Shown here one piece after another: positions 12,635 through 25,612 of a stretch of 64,000 bases of DNA. Positions within the stretch are counted from its first letter, which is position 1. Every line of letters begins with the position of its first letter. The notes below the pieces were generated by a model, which saw nothing but the letters and a program-made list of their open reading frames with translations, was not told where the DNA came from and ran no database searches. A program made the position numbers and the translations under genes. Source of the stretch: Balanoglossus misakiensis (lineage: Eukaryota; Animalia; Hemichordata); contig CM082583.2 of NCBI GenBank assembly GCA_040954595.2, positions 4,455,374-4,519,373 of the forward strand, given 5' to 3'.

Positions 12635-15600
12635 ATGTTCTGGGGTAAGTACAAACGTGTGGTGCAAAACGGAGGTGATCTCACAATGAAACATAAGGTC
12701 ATCCTAGGCTATAGGGATATACCACTTATAGCATTCAATGTTGCTGCGATAATTGTAGCGTGCGGTCGTTCTGTCAGCAGTCGAAGTAACCATGGAAGCC
12801 AGTGGCTGTACTCAAAATATTTCAGGCGATACAACAGGATTCAGTGTGCATGCTAGTTGCGATTTCAAACCCACACAATTTTCTGTGGGTTTTCAGCTCA
12901 TGCTTTTCAAACATTTTTGTCGAACCATGATGCAGCCAATGTAGACTTGTAGTTGAATTGGGTATAAATTACACATATTACAGATTTTTTTCATAAAATG
13001 AAGTGGAAATTTGTCATATCAAAAACGGTATCTATATATACCCGTACAAGTAGCCTAATCCATGCTCGGGGCGCTGGACAGGTATCCAATGTATCATGTG
13101 TATTGAAGTATGAAGTAAAACTATGTATATTTGCATATCTATGACAGTATTGAAAGTATAGTTTATAATTCATGCTTGATGAACTTTCTGCAGGAATTAC
13201 CATAGATGATGGCAAGCACTACACTCAGACTGTGGAGGAGTCCTTTCACATCTCCATGGCAGCACTTGAAACAAAAGACATATCAGGTATGTTAGATGAA
13301 CATAGACAGTTCCCTACAGCTTCAGCAGAACCCATATGTGTACAGTCAGCATTGTTATTGTTAAAACAATTCCATTTAAAGGGACAAAGTCTCTTTCGCT
13401 GTCCTTTTTCCATTAATTATGTTTGATACAAGACACCGTTTATGTTATTCTACATGTGGAATCATATATAGTGAATCAACGTTCGACCACACACAACCAC
13501 CACCATCATTTTATCAAGTCATGTTTTAACTCTCTTTTTTTTCAGAAGACCTCAATAAAGATAATTCTTACGTCTCTGTCATGGTGAAGCATGAAAAGGC
13601 AGAATTTCTGATTTGCACCCTGGAACATGGTAAACTCTTGCAGCAGCCATTGAACTTGACCTTCACAGAGGGAGAAGAGGTCACTTTCTTTATTGAGGGA
13701 AAAGGTATTGTACTGTCATACCATGAAGTTATATCTGGTGGCTTTTTGTGCAAACTATCAACTATGTGTGAATTAAGATAGAAAACAAAAATTGTTCAAA
13801 AGAAAGCAATCTGTGAAACCGCTACATATTCTAATCAAACTGGATTATGTTGCATTCGTACAGTAAACAGTGTACCAGCAATAGGTGTGGGGTTATTATA
13901 GGCATTGTCCACCAAACCCAATTTTACTATAGACTAATAGAGGGTTTTGAGGTCAGTTACAAATTAAAAAGAACAAGCCAGGGCTGTATATCAGGTCAGT
14001 CACTCACAGGCCATGTGAATAAAAAAAAATATCTCCACCCTAACCTACCCTAATGGTGTGAAAAAAACAAGGCAGGGTTCCACATTCAACTGCTGTTTTC
14101 CGCATTCAGGCATAGTTCATCTGACTGGATCCCTGATCCCGGAAGACAAAGAAGAGGCTTTCCAAGACATCGATGATGCCGAACTTTCCACCGGAAGTAC
14201 GTCCGAGACGGATGCCACCAAGTCCTCTGAAGAAGGAAGCAGTGATGAGGAGGAGGAGGAGGATGATTCTGATGACGGTAAGAAATGGTGAAAAACTGCT
14301 TTTCACCATGAGACAGGAGTAATTTTAGGTTTTAAGGTTTTGATGTAAAAAGTGAAATAATTTCATCGGAAGGCTGAAATAATTACATTCTTTGCGTGGT
14401 AGCTGAATGATATCAATTATTTTTTTTTAAATCGCTTCAATTGTCAGTCACATGGTATGTTGAGTAAGCTTACAGGACCCAACGTTAACTTTTTTGTATG
14501 TATATAAAACTAGAGTGAAACAACATCAGTTTCTTTCTATCTTAAATAGAGGTACCCAGCTTACAAGAGCTCGTTGCCAACCACATGAATGGAGGCTTAG
14601 ACAAGGATGATGATGGTGATAGCGAAGAAGGAGAGGAATGGAAACCAGGCAAACGTAGGCATAAAAGCTCCATTTGCTGTATCTTTTCGCTATGTTGAAG
14701 TATTTTTGTGTTGTGTGACCTGCTGCAGTTTCATGGTCAAATTCTTAAAATATGATGAAATTTCCAACATTTAGCTTATCAACGCTACATGTATTTCTTT
14801 AGTCAGCACTGTTATTGTGCCACACAGGTAGAAAAAACGCAACTCAGATTGCAAAATTAATGCAAAAATACAAACTTGGTATGCAGCATATTAGTGTTCA
14901 CATGTTGCTAACTTGACTATCCTCTTGGTAAAAATATGGCATGGCTGTAAATATGAGAGAATCAAGAAAAAAAGTCCCACATTATTTGGAAGCGAACAGC
15001 CTCTCTTAGGCAAGAGTGTGATGATTTCTGCCATAGAGCTTTCTCACATGACAGACATATTGTATGGCTTTTACCAGTCGACTTCATTTCAGGTAAAAGA
15101 AAGAAGTTGGGCGAGAGCCAGTTGATAGACGACAGCAAACTGCGGAGAACGTCAAAGAGGAGACGAGTGCAGACGGCAGAAGATGGCGAGGAGGAAGAAG
15201 ATGAAGAGAGCGACTCCGAGGATGAAGATTATCAGCCGGGCTACGAAGATGAGGAGTGGGAAGAAGACGAAGAGGAAAGTGATGCAGAAAAGGTGGACGA
15301 GGATGAGAGTGATGAGGAGGAGGAGGAGGATACTGAGATGGAAAGCGATGAGTTGGAGGAAGAAGATTCTGACGATGATAACGATGATGATGAAGAGAGC
15401 GAGGAGGAGGAGGATAGTGAAGAAGAAGATGATGATGAAGATGAGTCAGGTGAATGTGTGTGTGTTTGTGAGCGCAAGTGTGCACGCACGTGTCTATTGA
15501 ATGTTTGTTACACACACTGATAGATTTCTCATACATATGTAGCTTGTATGAGAGTATTTAAAAGTGATATTATTTCACATAGGAGGCTTTCTGTACTTTA

Positions 15601-18171
15601 TTCCTTCACATAAGTCAGATCAAAGGTCAGTGCATTCATGCGAATTGGGGCATGGTATGCAACATAGCACATAATGAAACTACGTGTTAGTCAAGCTTAA
15701 ATAGTTCCAGTCTTGTTTGCCAAAACATAAATGACAAATAAAAACTTAGTGAAAATCTTCAACATTTTTTTTGTGTCCAGATGAAGAGGAAGAAGAAGAT
15801 GAAGTGAAGAACACCACGGCAACAAGTACAAGTGAGACATCTGACGCCCAAAAGGTAACTTCTTCACAACAGCATCGGCCTTGCTCACAATATGAGGTCT
15901 TGTCTATCTGAAAATTCAGCTGGGCTTTTGGTGAACCACAGAAATAGTGAGAAATCAATGGAATTCTAGTACCTTCTTTCATTTGCATTTCATCACTGGT
16001 GTAAACATTTACAGTTCATACACCGTAGCTAGTGAGACATCTTTGCTACATTTCACACAGGGCTTCAGTTCTGAAGATGGAGATAAAGTAGAGAAGAAGA
16101 GAAAAAAGAAGAAAAAGAAAGGAAAAACTGTAAGTCAAGCGCATCACTATGAAAGGATACACATTATAAAAGTGACAAAGTCTCTCTCTCGCTGCCCTTT
16201 TGCAATTACATGTAATTATGTTTGATACAAGACACTGTTTATGTTATTCTACATGTGGATACACAGTGAACCAATGTTCGACTACACACATATAGTAGTG
16301 TTTCTATTATTTTTTTTTATTACTTAACATCATCGATTCTCCCATCAGAAACCATCAGAATCTGGGGATACTGAGTCCAGCACCTCGGACACACCAAAAA
16401 GACAAGATACCACTGTAGTCATAAGTACAAAAACTAAGGTATTGTTCTATGTTTATTTAATGATGTGTGCATGTCCTAAGTGTTGTACATGCCCTGTGCC
16501 GTGTCATTATGTCAGTGTGACGGTTGTGCAATACCCCAGACAGTACATGTAATTATCTCATGTCAAGTCCACAAACAATGTTTCAGCTTAGTTCTATAGC
16601 GCCCTCTAGTGGCCATTATGACAGTATTGAATATCTTTTTCGAAACACTTCCAACAGCTCTTTCAACCTATGAAATTTTCTGGGTTTGGGGTGAAAGTGC
16701 ATGGATATAAAACAGCCTGTCGGATTCTACTCGGAATAAGTCTTAATACAATGTTATTTTTTCAATAGAAACCAGTGAAAAAGAAACTTAAAGGTGGATT
16801 AATCATAGAAGATCTTCAAGAAGGGGGTGGTAAACTCGCAAAGCCAAACAAAATGGTGCGTTGTGTGTTAGTCTTACTTGGCATATGGTTTACTTCATGT
16901 CAATGAAAGTGATTCTTTGTGTGTGTGTGGGGGGGGGGGAGTATACATACAGATGTAGTTGAGCAGAAGTGTTCGTAATAAATACATGCAGGTAATGTGG
17001 ACCACTTGATTATAATCAAGAATATGTGTTACATTCATTATTTTTTATTATTTGAGACTTTGTATGAGAAGCATATGCGAGATTCAACATGTCTTGTGCT
17101 AAATGCTTATCAATACAACTTCAGGAGCATCGGTTTTTAAATATCTTTATTTTTTTTTGGCCAGATATCTGTGTACTATAGGGGCAAGCTTGCAAAGAAC
17201 AACAAGGAGTTCGATGCCTGTCTCCAGGGGAGACCATTCAACTTCAGATTGGACAAGGGAGAGGTTATAAAAGGATGGGATTTGGGAATAAAAGGTGAGC
17301 CATGGTACTTTTTTTTCAATAAATTTTCGACTGATTTTAGTGTAGTGTGAACACTAGGTGCCAAGGGCACTTTAACCCTTTTACCTCTGTTTCCCTCTTT
17401 AGAGGTCCGACTTTACTGTAGAAAACAATGGGTTTAGACTGAACCATGGTGGTGAAAAGGTTAACCTTGTTTGAATTCTACATGTAGAAGTGATGTAATA
17501 TGCTGGAAAAACTGATGAGGCCAAAGGACAGGTGTTTTTAACAACCTGCCATCCAAAATCCATGTGGTTTAGAAATGTAATGTACATGGAAAGCTTATAC
17601 CTCTTCCAGGGCTCCATCAGACTGAAATTGTGTTTTTTTTTATTTTCGTATCCAGGTATGAAAGTTGGCGGAAAAAGAAGAATTACAATCCCACCAAAAC
17701 TTGGGTGAGTTATCTGTCATCTTTATGAGTGGTGGCTTAAAGTTGTGGTTTTTGCCAAATGGTAATGATATAATGTTACATCAAAATGCCAAGCATGTTA
17801 TATTTGTATGTCTGTGTCCGTGTGTGTCTCCATAACTATGCGCTCACCTGTGCACAGGTGCAGTTTGTCAGTCCATTGCATTTTTGTCTGTCTTCACCGT
17901 GCAAATTCTGGAACAGGGGAGATATACTACACATTCTTGGCAGCTGTATCTCAGAACATCTCCATAAAATGAGTCTAAAAATCCACAATTGACAAAATTG
18001 TAATAGTTCATACATCTTCAATAATCAATAAAACAGAGTCAAAATTTGCCACCGTGCTCTTGTAAAACTGTCATCATTTTTCCCCAACACAGATACGGAA
18101 GAGAGAAAATGGGCAGCATTCCACCAAACAGCCATCTTGTCTTTGAAGTGGAACTGAAAGGGGTCAGGTAG
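12635..18171 (+). CDS. Nucleoplasmin-like-domain FKBP (FKBP39/FKBP46/Fpr3-Fpr4 type): histone chaperone plus peptidyl-prolyl isomerase, 489 aa
   Basis: 13 GT-AG exons 12635-12644, 13194-13286, 13546-13704, 14110-14277, 14550-14654, 15093-15449, 15781-15854, 16061-16129, 16349-16438, 16769-16855, 17165-17294, 17656-17704, 18093-18171 total 1470 nt in one frame. NPL domain MFWG...FHISMAAL...EFLICTL...QQPLNLTFTEGEEVTF...VHLTG; long acidic tracts; basic NLS-like KKRKKKKKK; FKBP domain VYYRGKL...FD...[31 protein letters not shown]...IPPNSHLVFEVEL. Confidence 0.93.
13382..13497 (+). repeat. ~115-nt intronic element, copy 1 (FKBP intron 2); possible small RNA
   Basis: Clearly homologous to 16173-16293 (gacaaagtctct..cgctg..ttatgtttgatacaagacac.gtttatgttattctacatgtgga..agtgaa.caa.gttcgac.acacaca). 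Confidence 0.7.
16173..16293 (+). repeat. ~120-nt intronic element, copy 2 (FKBP intron 8); possible small RNA
   Basis: Same orientation as copy 1 and a similar distance (~50 nt) from the 3' splice site. Confidence 0.7.
16597..16615 (-). promoter_or_regulatory. CTCF-consensus site in FKBP intron 9
   Basis: Minus strand reads tggCCACTAGAGGGCGCta, a close match to the established CTCF core; binding not demonstrated. Confidence 0.5.
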
Positions 18172-18655
18172 AAGCCTATATTCAGTGTGCGATCCCCAGC
18201 CAATCCGAGCCTCACTGCCACTTGGTTTAGGTTCCCCATGAGAGAGCTTAAGTAACAGATGCCGGGATTGGCTGAGAGGCATCACGGGACTACTTACAGT
18301 GAACAAAGATAATTAAAGATGAAAGTTTTGTCTTTTATGTTATTTTTTTTTTACATCAATGAAGAAAAGCAACTCAGCACCATGACATACAGTGATTAGT
18401 TTGTACATCTCAGTTGAAATATTTTATGTTCGGTTACATTCCAGTGACAGTTAATTCATTCATAGATGTGACAGTTGAGTACAAAAAGGTATCTGCTACC
18501 TTGTGTATCAGAAGTTGGTAATTAAAAACTGCAAGGCCAGTACAAGCAGTTTAATTCGTATCACCGGGAGAGAATTATTCAAATCAAGCTAAGGTCGTAA
18601 ACTGATAGATGAATAGCTACATTTACTATGTTTTGGCCAGTTTGTTTTCAATGAA

Positions 18656-18816
18656 AATAAAAATTTGAGACATTTCAGAAAAAGTAACAGTGTATGGACT
18701 GAGAGACATTATGGATTAGGCTTTTGTATAAACAAATATCCAACCACACCTATTTTCATGCATGTGTTAATTTTTACATCAGTTTTTTGAAATTAAAATA
18801 TTGAATGAGCAATAAA
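18656..18816 (+). terminator. Candidate polyadenylation signals of the FKBP gene
   Basis: AATAAA at 18656 and 18811, the second followed by GT-rich sequence (tgtggcttgtcttggt). Confidence 0.4.
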
Positions 18817-19159
18817 AACGATCCGAAGATGTCACTTTGATAAATGTGGCTTGTCTTGGTGGAAATAATGTCGGTCGTTTTCAGATAATTTTGGGGGTAA
18901 AAATTAAAAAAAAACTAAATCTGCTCTGTGCACTGTAGACTTTGCCAACAGTTCGAAGATCAGCGTCAGAAATTAGTACGAGATCTCAATTAGCGCCGCG
19001 TACGTGAAAGCTGGCGACGGTGATGTCATCGGATGACGGTGGAACACCTGAAAGACCACGACCCATTCTCGTTATCTTCAATAGGACCTTGTAAACTTTA
19101 TTTGATTAACTTCTTTGGGGCTCCCTCAGAAGAAAAGTGTATATACTGCAAGCAGGGTA

Positions 19160-19370
19160 CTGTAAAACGGGTTATTTTCGCGGCAGGGAATTTTAGCGAT
19201 ATCTTAAGAGGCAACTGTTACGCGAGGATTAATTTTCGCATTCTCGTATTTCATTTACTACATCGTTATCTCCGAAAAACATTTTACGCGACTTTTTTAT
19301 TTTCACGATTTGGGTGGCTCTCGCGTATTACGCGAACATTTATTGCTCGCGAAAATAACCCGTTTTACAG
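19160..19370. mobile_element. MITE with TA target duplication (Tc1/mariner-superfamily style)
   Basis: Perfect 23-bp TIRs ctgtaaaacgggttattttcgcg / cgcgaaaataacccgttttacag, flanked by TA on both sides; 211 bp. Confidence 0.85.
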
Positions 19371-21373
19371 TACATGTATTATTATTGGCCTTTTGTTCAA
19401 AGTAGACTAAAGACTTTTCTGGCATATGCATGTGTACGTGCATGCATACCTTGCATTGACTTAGTGCAGACGGCGCCCTAATATTACCCTGGACACACTC
19501 AAGTTCACATTTTCATGGTCGGAACATTGCACATTGGGCACTGATTTACGGCAGTTTTTTTAAACACAAATCGTATAACTTTTATTTTCTTCAATGTTTG
19601 CGCAGCAGAAAAAATGGGCCTTGAAGTTGTATGTCGGCCAACGGCATATTCCAGGCCTTCCGAATTCCTTACAGAATATTGATACCAATAACTGGAAATC
19701 CCACATACACAAAAAAAAACAACACGAAAGAGAATGTGTACGGATTATTTTGAGAAGGAACACCAACGTAGTAAAATGTCGACGTAGAGGGACACAGGAT
19801 ATGAACCTGTCGTGCCGGGTTTTGATTGCGTCACTCCACTTTTCCGTGTCCACGGGACCTGTGGAAATTAACAGTATCGTTTAGTTAGCAACACTTTAAT
19901 TAGCCAGTTGCTGGCCCACAACCGCACTTTATCCGAGTGGATCAAGTGATCGCTGTTTTGCAGAAACGCGGTGGGCCGTCTAATTAGGGACGATTTCCCG
20001 GGAAGGGCTGGACAACACCGTCAAACTGAGTTAGTTTGTTTTCAGAAACGGGCGAGGTCAGCGTATTCCGCTCAAGCCGCGGCGTACTTCCCTCCCCCGC
20101 GCCGCGCCGCGCTGCGCGCTCCCAGTTCCCTCCCTGGGGAAAAGGAAGTTATCCGCTGCCGTAAAGAGGTCAATGTCTTTGCGACGATGGATCAACCAGA
20201 CATCGAGACAGCTCAAACCATTCGCGGTCAGACGTCTCGGACGAAACTTTATGAATTATAAATGTCCCTGTCAAATCCAATTAGGGACTGAAGATTGGTA
20301 AATATGATAATGCAAATTGGACATTGAGTATTTACAAGCTATCGTATAGGCCTATAGTAGCCTATATCGTTATAAATCAACTGAAACTCTATGAAATTGA
20401 ATTAACTGTTTCTGCAAATTGCTTATTTTATTTATTTACCAATAAAATATATTAGAATTGCGGTTTTTGAACAAAATAAGGACCAGCAGCAGATTTCTGT
20501 TTTGCGTTTTGAGCTTCATGAAGTTCCGTGGTGGCAAACATCCGTGATCCCTGCCCCTGTTTCAGTCTTTACCGGCCCTGGTTTCATAGTTGTGTTCTTT
20601 TTGGATAATAGCGTCTTTACTTTTGTGCTATCTCGTAATTCAATCACAAGTATTCACAGGGTTATTTTTTTGAATAAATGGCATTTACATCACAAACCTT
20701 TACTGTTTGTACCACCAAATAATTAAATAAGTATTTATAGGTTTATTCTCGAATAAATGCCATTTTGCGTCACAAAAAAGGAGACGCGGCGAAAAGAATG
20801 GCGAGACAGAGAACTGCCAGGCTCCAGTTTGACTTAAGACACAGGAAAAGCAGCCATCTAGCGCATGTAATGCAGTTACAGCGTTTCTAACTAAAATTAT
20901 ATTAAATCAAACTAAATCCAATTTCCCCCTTTACAAACTTATTGATAATTACATGTAATAACGCCCCATGAGGAAACTCACGTTGAATTGTCATTTTGTC
21001 ATCGTCCCCGACGTCATTATTTTTTTCCGTTCGGCGACTGACTCACAACGAAACTTCTTGAACATACTTCACGTTATGTTTTTTTGTATTTTAAATAAAG
21101 GTTATCAACAGTGAATTCTTTCATCAGAGGGTTCTTGCATCTTAAAATATCTAGAGGTCACATTTTACTGACAGTGGCCGGGGAGAGCCACATTTTCTGC
21201 GGCGCGACACTACCTGTGAAGGGTTACTTACACACGGCGCGACTCGACATGTCCCGAATTCACTAACGACCACTCCCCTCTATCCATGCCTCCCCGCCCC
21301 GCCCCATCGCATTACCAGAGACGTCTTTTAACATGAGAAAAAATAAGACTTTGATTTTCGAGGCGCGTAGTCC

Positions 21374-21540
21374 TTAAAGCCCATGAGCTGCAATTCTTTG
21401 AGAAATGATCATGAAATATATTTTCAAACTGTACTAATATTCGTCCATACAGATGTATGCAAAGGACAGAATGTTACACCTGTACTCAGAATCTCTCGAG
21501 CGTATTCTGCTAAGAATTTAAGCATCCTTGAAAATATCCA
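21374..21540 (+). mobile_element. End of an interspersed repeat (ttaaag-terminus, possibly Kolobok-like DNA transposon), copy 1
   Basis: Shares ttaaag.ccca.gagctgcaa...ttttcaaact...ccata.agatgtatgca...agcatc...aaaatat with 44106-44255. Superfamily assignment is inference. Confidence 0.45.
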
Positions 21541-23276
21541 TACTCCACCTATTCCGGCCGTTATTGACGGTGGTGTAAAGTGGCAGAACGCCCGTTTTAT
21601 CGCGGAACCACAAGGGAATTGAAGTGTCGGTCAGTTCCTGATTCCCGCCTCAAATCCAACATTCTCAATTGGGAGTGTGGCTACTCAAGTTCGACTTGAA
21701 GTACAAGCGTCTGCATGGAGAGCGCATTTTAACTATTGAAAGGAAGCGTGAAGTCCGGACGGTCGAATCGAATGAGGAGAGAAGAGCCTCCAACACTCCA
21801 GTCAGCTCCGGAATGAGTGATCCTTATGACTGACTAGTGGGTGTCAAGAGCGACCTTGGGCGTTTGATCTTTAACCCTTACAGAAACCGCTTTCGTTATT
21901 GGCACTTGGAAAGACCGCGAGAGACCTTGTGTGTTTGTTCACTACATCCGCTGGCTTTAGCCTTGAGCTGCAACTCGCTTGGAACTTTTGCATTTATTTC
22001 AGCGTACCTTTGCGAACATCGACTAAATGCACCGACAGAACCTTACATTTGGCTGTGTAACGTATACACAGAACACAATACCCCCTTCGATGACAGCACC
22101 GATACATACTCGTTTTGTTGTTTCAGTTTTGCCAAAGAAAAAAAGAATCTTTACAGAATTCACGACGTTAAAGAATATTATCTGCATGCATGTTGTCGAA
22201 TGCCCAGTCTCCGCTGATTGGTTTCCACACTCTCTGTACAACAAGACTTCCTCAATCCGTGACATCATTTCAAAACATCTTCGACCCGCGTCGCCTTTTT
22301 CTCAAGTGTGCTGTTATATGTCACGGAGATCAAACCTTACCCATATACCCTTCGACTCTATGCCCACTGGACGCCAAGATTGCAACGCCTGCTAGTAGGT
22401 AAATGTCCGGGTCTTGTTGTAAGAACGCGACCATCGCCCCACCCCCACCCCCACCCCGTTGTGATCTCCGTATGGCCAATTTCCAGGCCTGACAGCGTAT
22501 TCACAGTTCGAGTATATGTCACCAATGCCAATAAATTTTACGCCGATCTGTCTTCATTATCCATGACACACAGGAACCAAAATGTGCTAGAACAGTATTT
22601 TATTGTCAATGAAACGGTAATTACATGTATGATTAGACTTACCACAGATAATTGTCCTTTTATTGTCGTATACAGCGCATACATGTAAGAGTTGTGTATG
22701 TAATTATATGATAATTTTTGACTGGCGTAGAAGACACTGAAAGTCATCAGTTTGCATGCGAATATTGCGGCAACATGTGGTCGCCAGTGAATGATGTACA
22801 CGTTACACAAGACATGTCTTTTTTACGAAGATATTGAGATGGGGAAATGGGGAAAATAGAACTGGCGTAGAGATGAACACAGCAAATTAGAGTAATTGTC
22901 ACGATGACTGGTTTATTGAAGGTTGTTGAATTGCGTGTTTAACGAGTCCCCGTCGGAAGGCATTCGTAACGAGGGTTTGCACAACGAATTGTCGACAGAA
23001 ATTTGCGTTCGGTTTGCGCTGATACTCGCTGTCACTTGCGACGTTGGCGGTGACAGTTTGTAGCAATCGCTTGCACGTTCCTGTCGGTTGTATTCACGGG
23101 CGACGGATGCATCGAAAGTGTCCATGGCTTCAGTATTTTAACTTTAATCACGCAAAGGATCATTTACGGACGTCGATCAGACGCGCTGTATTGTTTAAAC
23201 AGTCGATGATCCCTTATATGGAATCAGAACCTGTGGCCATGGAGACGATAAAAGTCTCAGTATTGACTTGGACTTC

Positions 23277-23357
<81 letters not shown>

Positions 23358-23382
23358 GATTGTGGTGATGATGATGATGATA

Positions 23383-23433
<51 letters not shown>
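23277..23433. repeat. (GAT)n microsatellite
   Basis: Directly visible, with two short interruptions. Confidence 0.95.
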
Positions 23434-24607
23434 TTACGGATCTGATGAGTAACGGCTTTCCAGGAGCAATAGTCTTGTGCCTTGTTCACGTCTGGTGTGC
23501 CACGGATAGCCGGGGAAATAAAACTCAGGAACAGCAGCGTGTCTCTATTAGATTATCTAATCTATTGTTGGATCTGTCGAGTTGCACTCAACGGTAACAA
23601 AAACATCACCTCTCCAACAATCGCCTCATTGTGGAGGTTAACCAGAATAAAAAGGGGGTTACTTTCGCCGCCCCCGATTCGATTTAACTCGCCCTGGGGA
23701 GGAGTGACAGTCTCGTGAATTGACAGCCACGGCTCAGCGAGACGCGCGAAGCACCGGGGCAGTGCTCCGGTGACTTGGCGAACAAATTGAAAGGGACTGC
23801 AAATCATGAAATAACTACATTAATTTCTGTAATTGAATAAGCAAGATTGACGGGCCCTTATGCCGTTCGAACAGTGCTTGCAGCAAGCTTGAGCAGATGT
23901 AGCTAACGTTGTTGTGTGTGTGTGTGTGGGTTTTTTTCCAGGGGCCCGTTCCCGGGCCTCGCCCCTGTCGCTTCACATCTCTGCGCGGCTGATTCAGTTT
24001 GACGTGACGTCATACAACGTACCGATAGCTTGTCAGTTTACGGATCGCCTGCAGACTACCACCAGTGATCATTTCTCCTCCCTTTTGTGCGCAAAAAACG
24101 GGGCTCTTACGCGATAACTGTCAATCAATTGTTTCCATTCAAGCATTTTGTTACAGCTGACAATTTGACGCAAGTCGTGTGGCCCTCCATTGAATTGGTA
24201 ACGCTCTGACAAATCCGAACACGGTGTGGAGCGCACCCCTTGTTGTTCAAAGGGGGGCAAAATCACGCACTTTTAACATCATTTAGTTTCTTTGATAGGT
24301 TATTCATGTTCTTCTGCACACCTAAATATGCAGTGACTGGTTATTACAACTCAGCTCGCATCCTGTACTTAGGCATAACATATAAACACCTACAATACAA
24401 TAAATTTGGCGTGAATAAAACTTACATGATAGAAACATTAATTTGCCATATCAATGAGATAGAGACACAAGAGCATATCAAAAAAAAGTTTTAAAAATAA
24501 CGACAAAAGTCTGGCACTATTTACCTCATTAAAATCGATTAAATTTAGCCTCAGTGTAAATTAAAAAATCCACTAAAACATTTATAAAAGAAAACTTTAA
24601 CTACATA

Positions 24608-25010
24608 ATCCATCCAACCGTCCGTCCGTCCGTCCGTCCATCCATCCATCCATCCATCCATCCATCCATCCATCCATCCATCCATCCATCCATACGTCCG
24701 TCCGTCCGTCCGTCCGTCCGTCCGTCCGTCCATCCATCCATCCATCCATCCATTCATCCATCCATCCATCCATTCATCCATCCATTCATCCATCCATCCA
24801 TCCATCCATCCATCCATCCATCCATCCATCCATACATACATACATACATACATACATACATACATACATACATACATACATACATACATACATACATACA
24901 TACACACATACACACACATACATACATACATACATACATACATACATACATACATACATACATACATACATACATACATACATACATACATACATACATA
25001 CATACATACA

Positions 25011-25040
<30 letters not shown>
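24608..25040. repeat. Compound (CCGT)n/(CCAT)n/(CATA)n microsatellite
   Basis: Directly visible. Confidence 0.95.
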
Positions 25041-25041
<1 letters not shown>

Positions 25042-25612
25042 TATTATTATTACATCTTTATTTCAGATTATAAAATAATCCATAGCAAAAACAAAACACC
25101 ATCAAAACATCAAAACAATCGTCTACTCCAAACCTTCCTAAGTCCACTATTTGAGAACACTGATAGTGATAAAACACTGGCTACAAGTGGATTACTTGAG
25201 AAGTGGAGTCTGCTTAAAAAGCTGAATGACTTTTCCGGAGTATTTCATCAAAAGTTAAAATAGAAAGATTAACAAACATCGCACTGTTGCTCTGAATAAA
25301 AGAATGTTTAAAACCAGACAATTTATGGAAAACCTGGGAGTAAGCTCTCCTAACTGCATTGAAAATACACACAGAAAAGGCACTCCATAAGTAAGAGCAA
25401 TACGGGATATCACAAAATACAGAAAACAAATGACATTTAACAGAGATAGACGCAAATTTAAAATCACGAATAATAGCATTACCGCGAACATAAAATTGTC
25501 GAGTTTGAGTTAGAATGTTCTCATTATCCCTGAGGTCACAAGTGATAAGGTGACCAAGATATTTATAAACATTGACATAATTCAGCATTCTGCCGTTCAG
25601 ATAAATTGGAAA
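25040..25612 (-). mobile_element. 5'-truncated non-LTR retrotransposon (LINE) 3' end
   Basis: FPIYLNGRMLNYVNVYKYLGHLITCDLRDNENILTQTRQFYVRGNAIIRDFKFASISVKCHLFSVFC..YCSYLW is the YKYLG/thumb region downstream of a LINE RT. The 3' end reads ctatgga...tctgaaataaagatgt(aat)n. Clade not assigned. Confidence 0.8.

Noticed and set aside
14750-15090. Box C motifs (atgatga, gtgatga) in FKBP intron 5 as C/D snoRNAs
   Set aside because: No CTGA box D or terminal stem at a suitable distance.
15084-15536. His/Pro-rich and poly-Ser minus-strand ORFs
   Set aside because: Antisense shadows of the acidic FKBP exon 6.
23044-23597. Poly-Asp, poly-Met and poly-Ile ORFs
   Set aside because: By-products of the (GAT)n tract; no convincing splice context or flanking coding signal.
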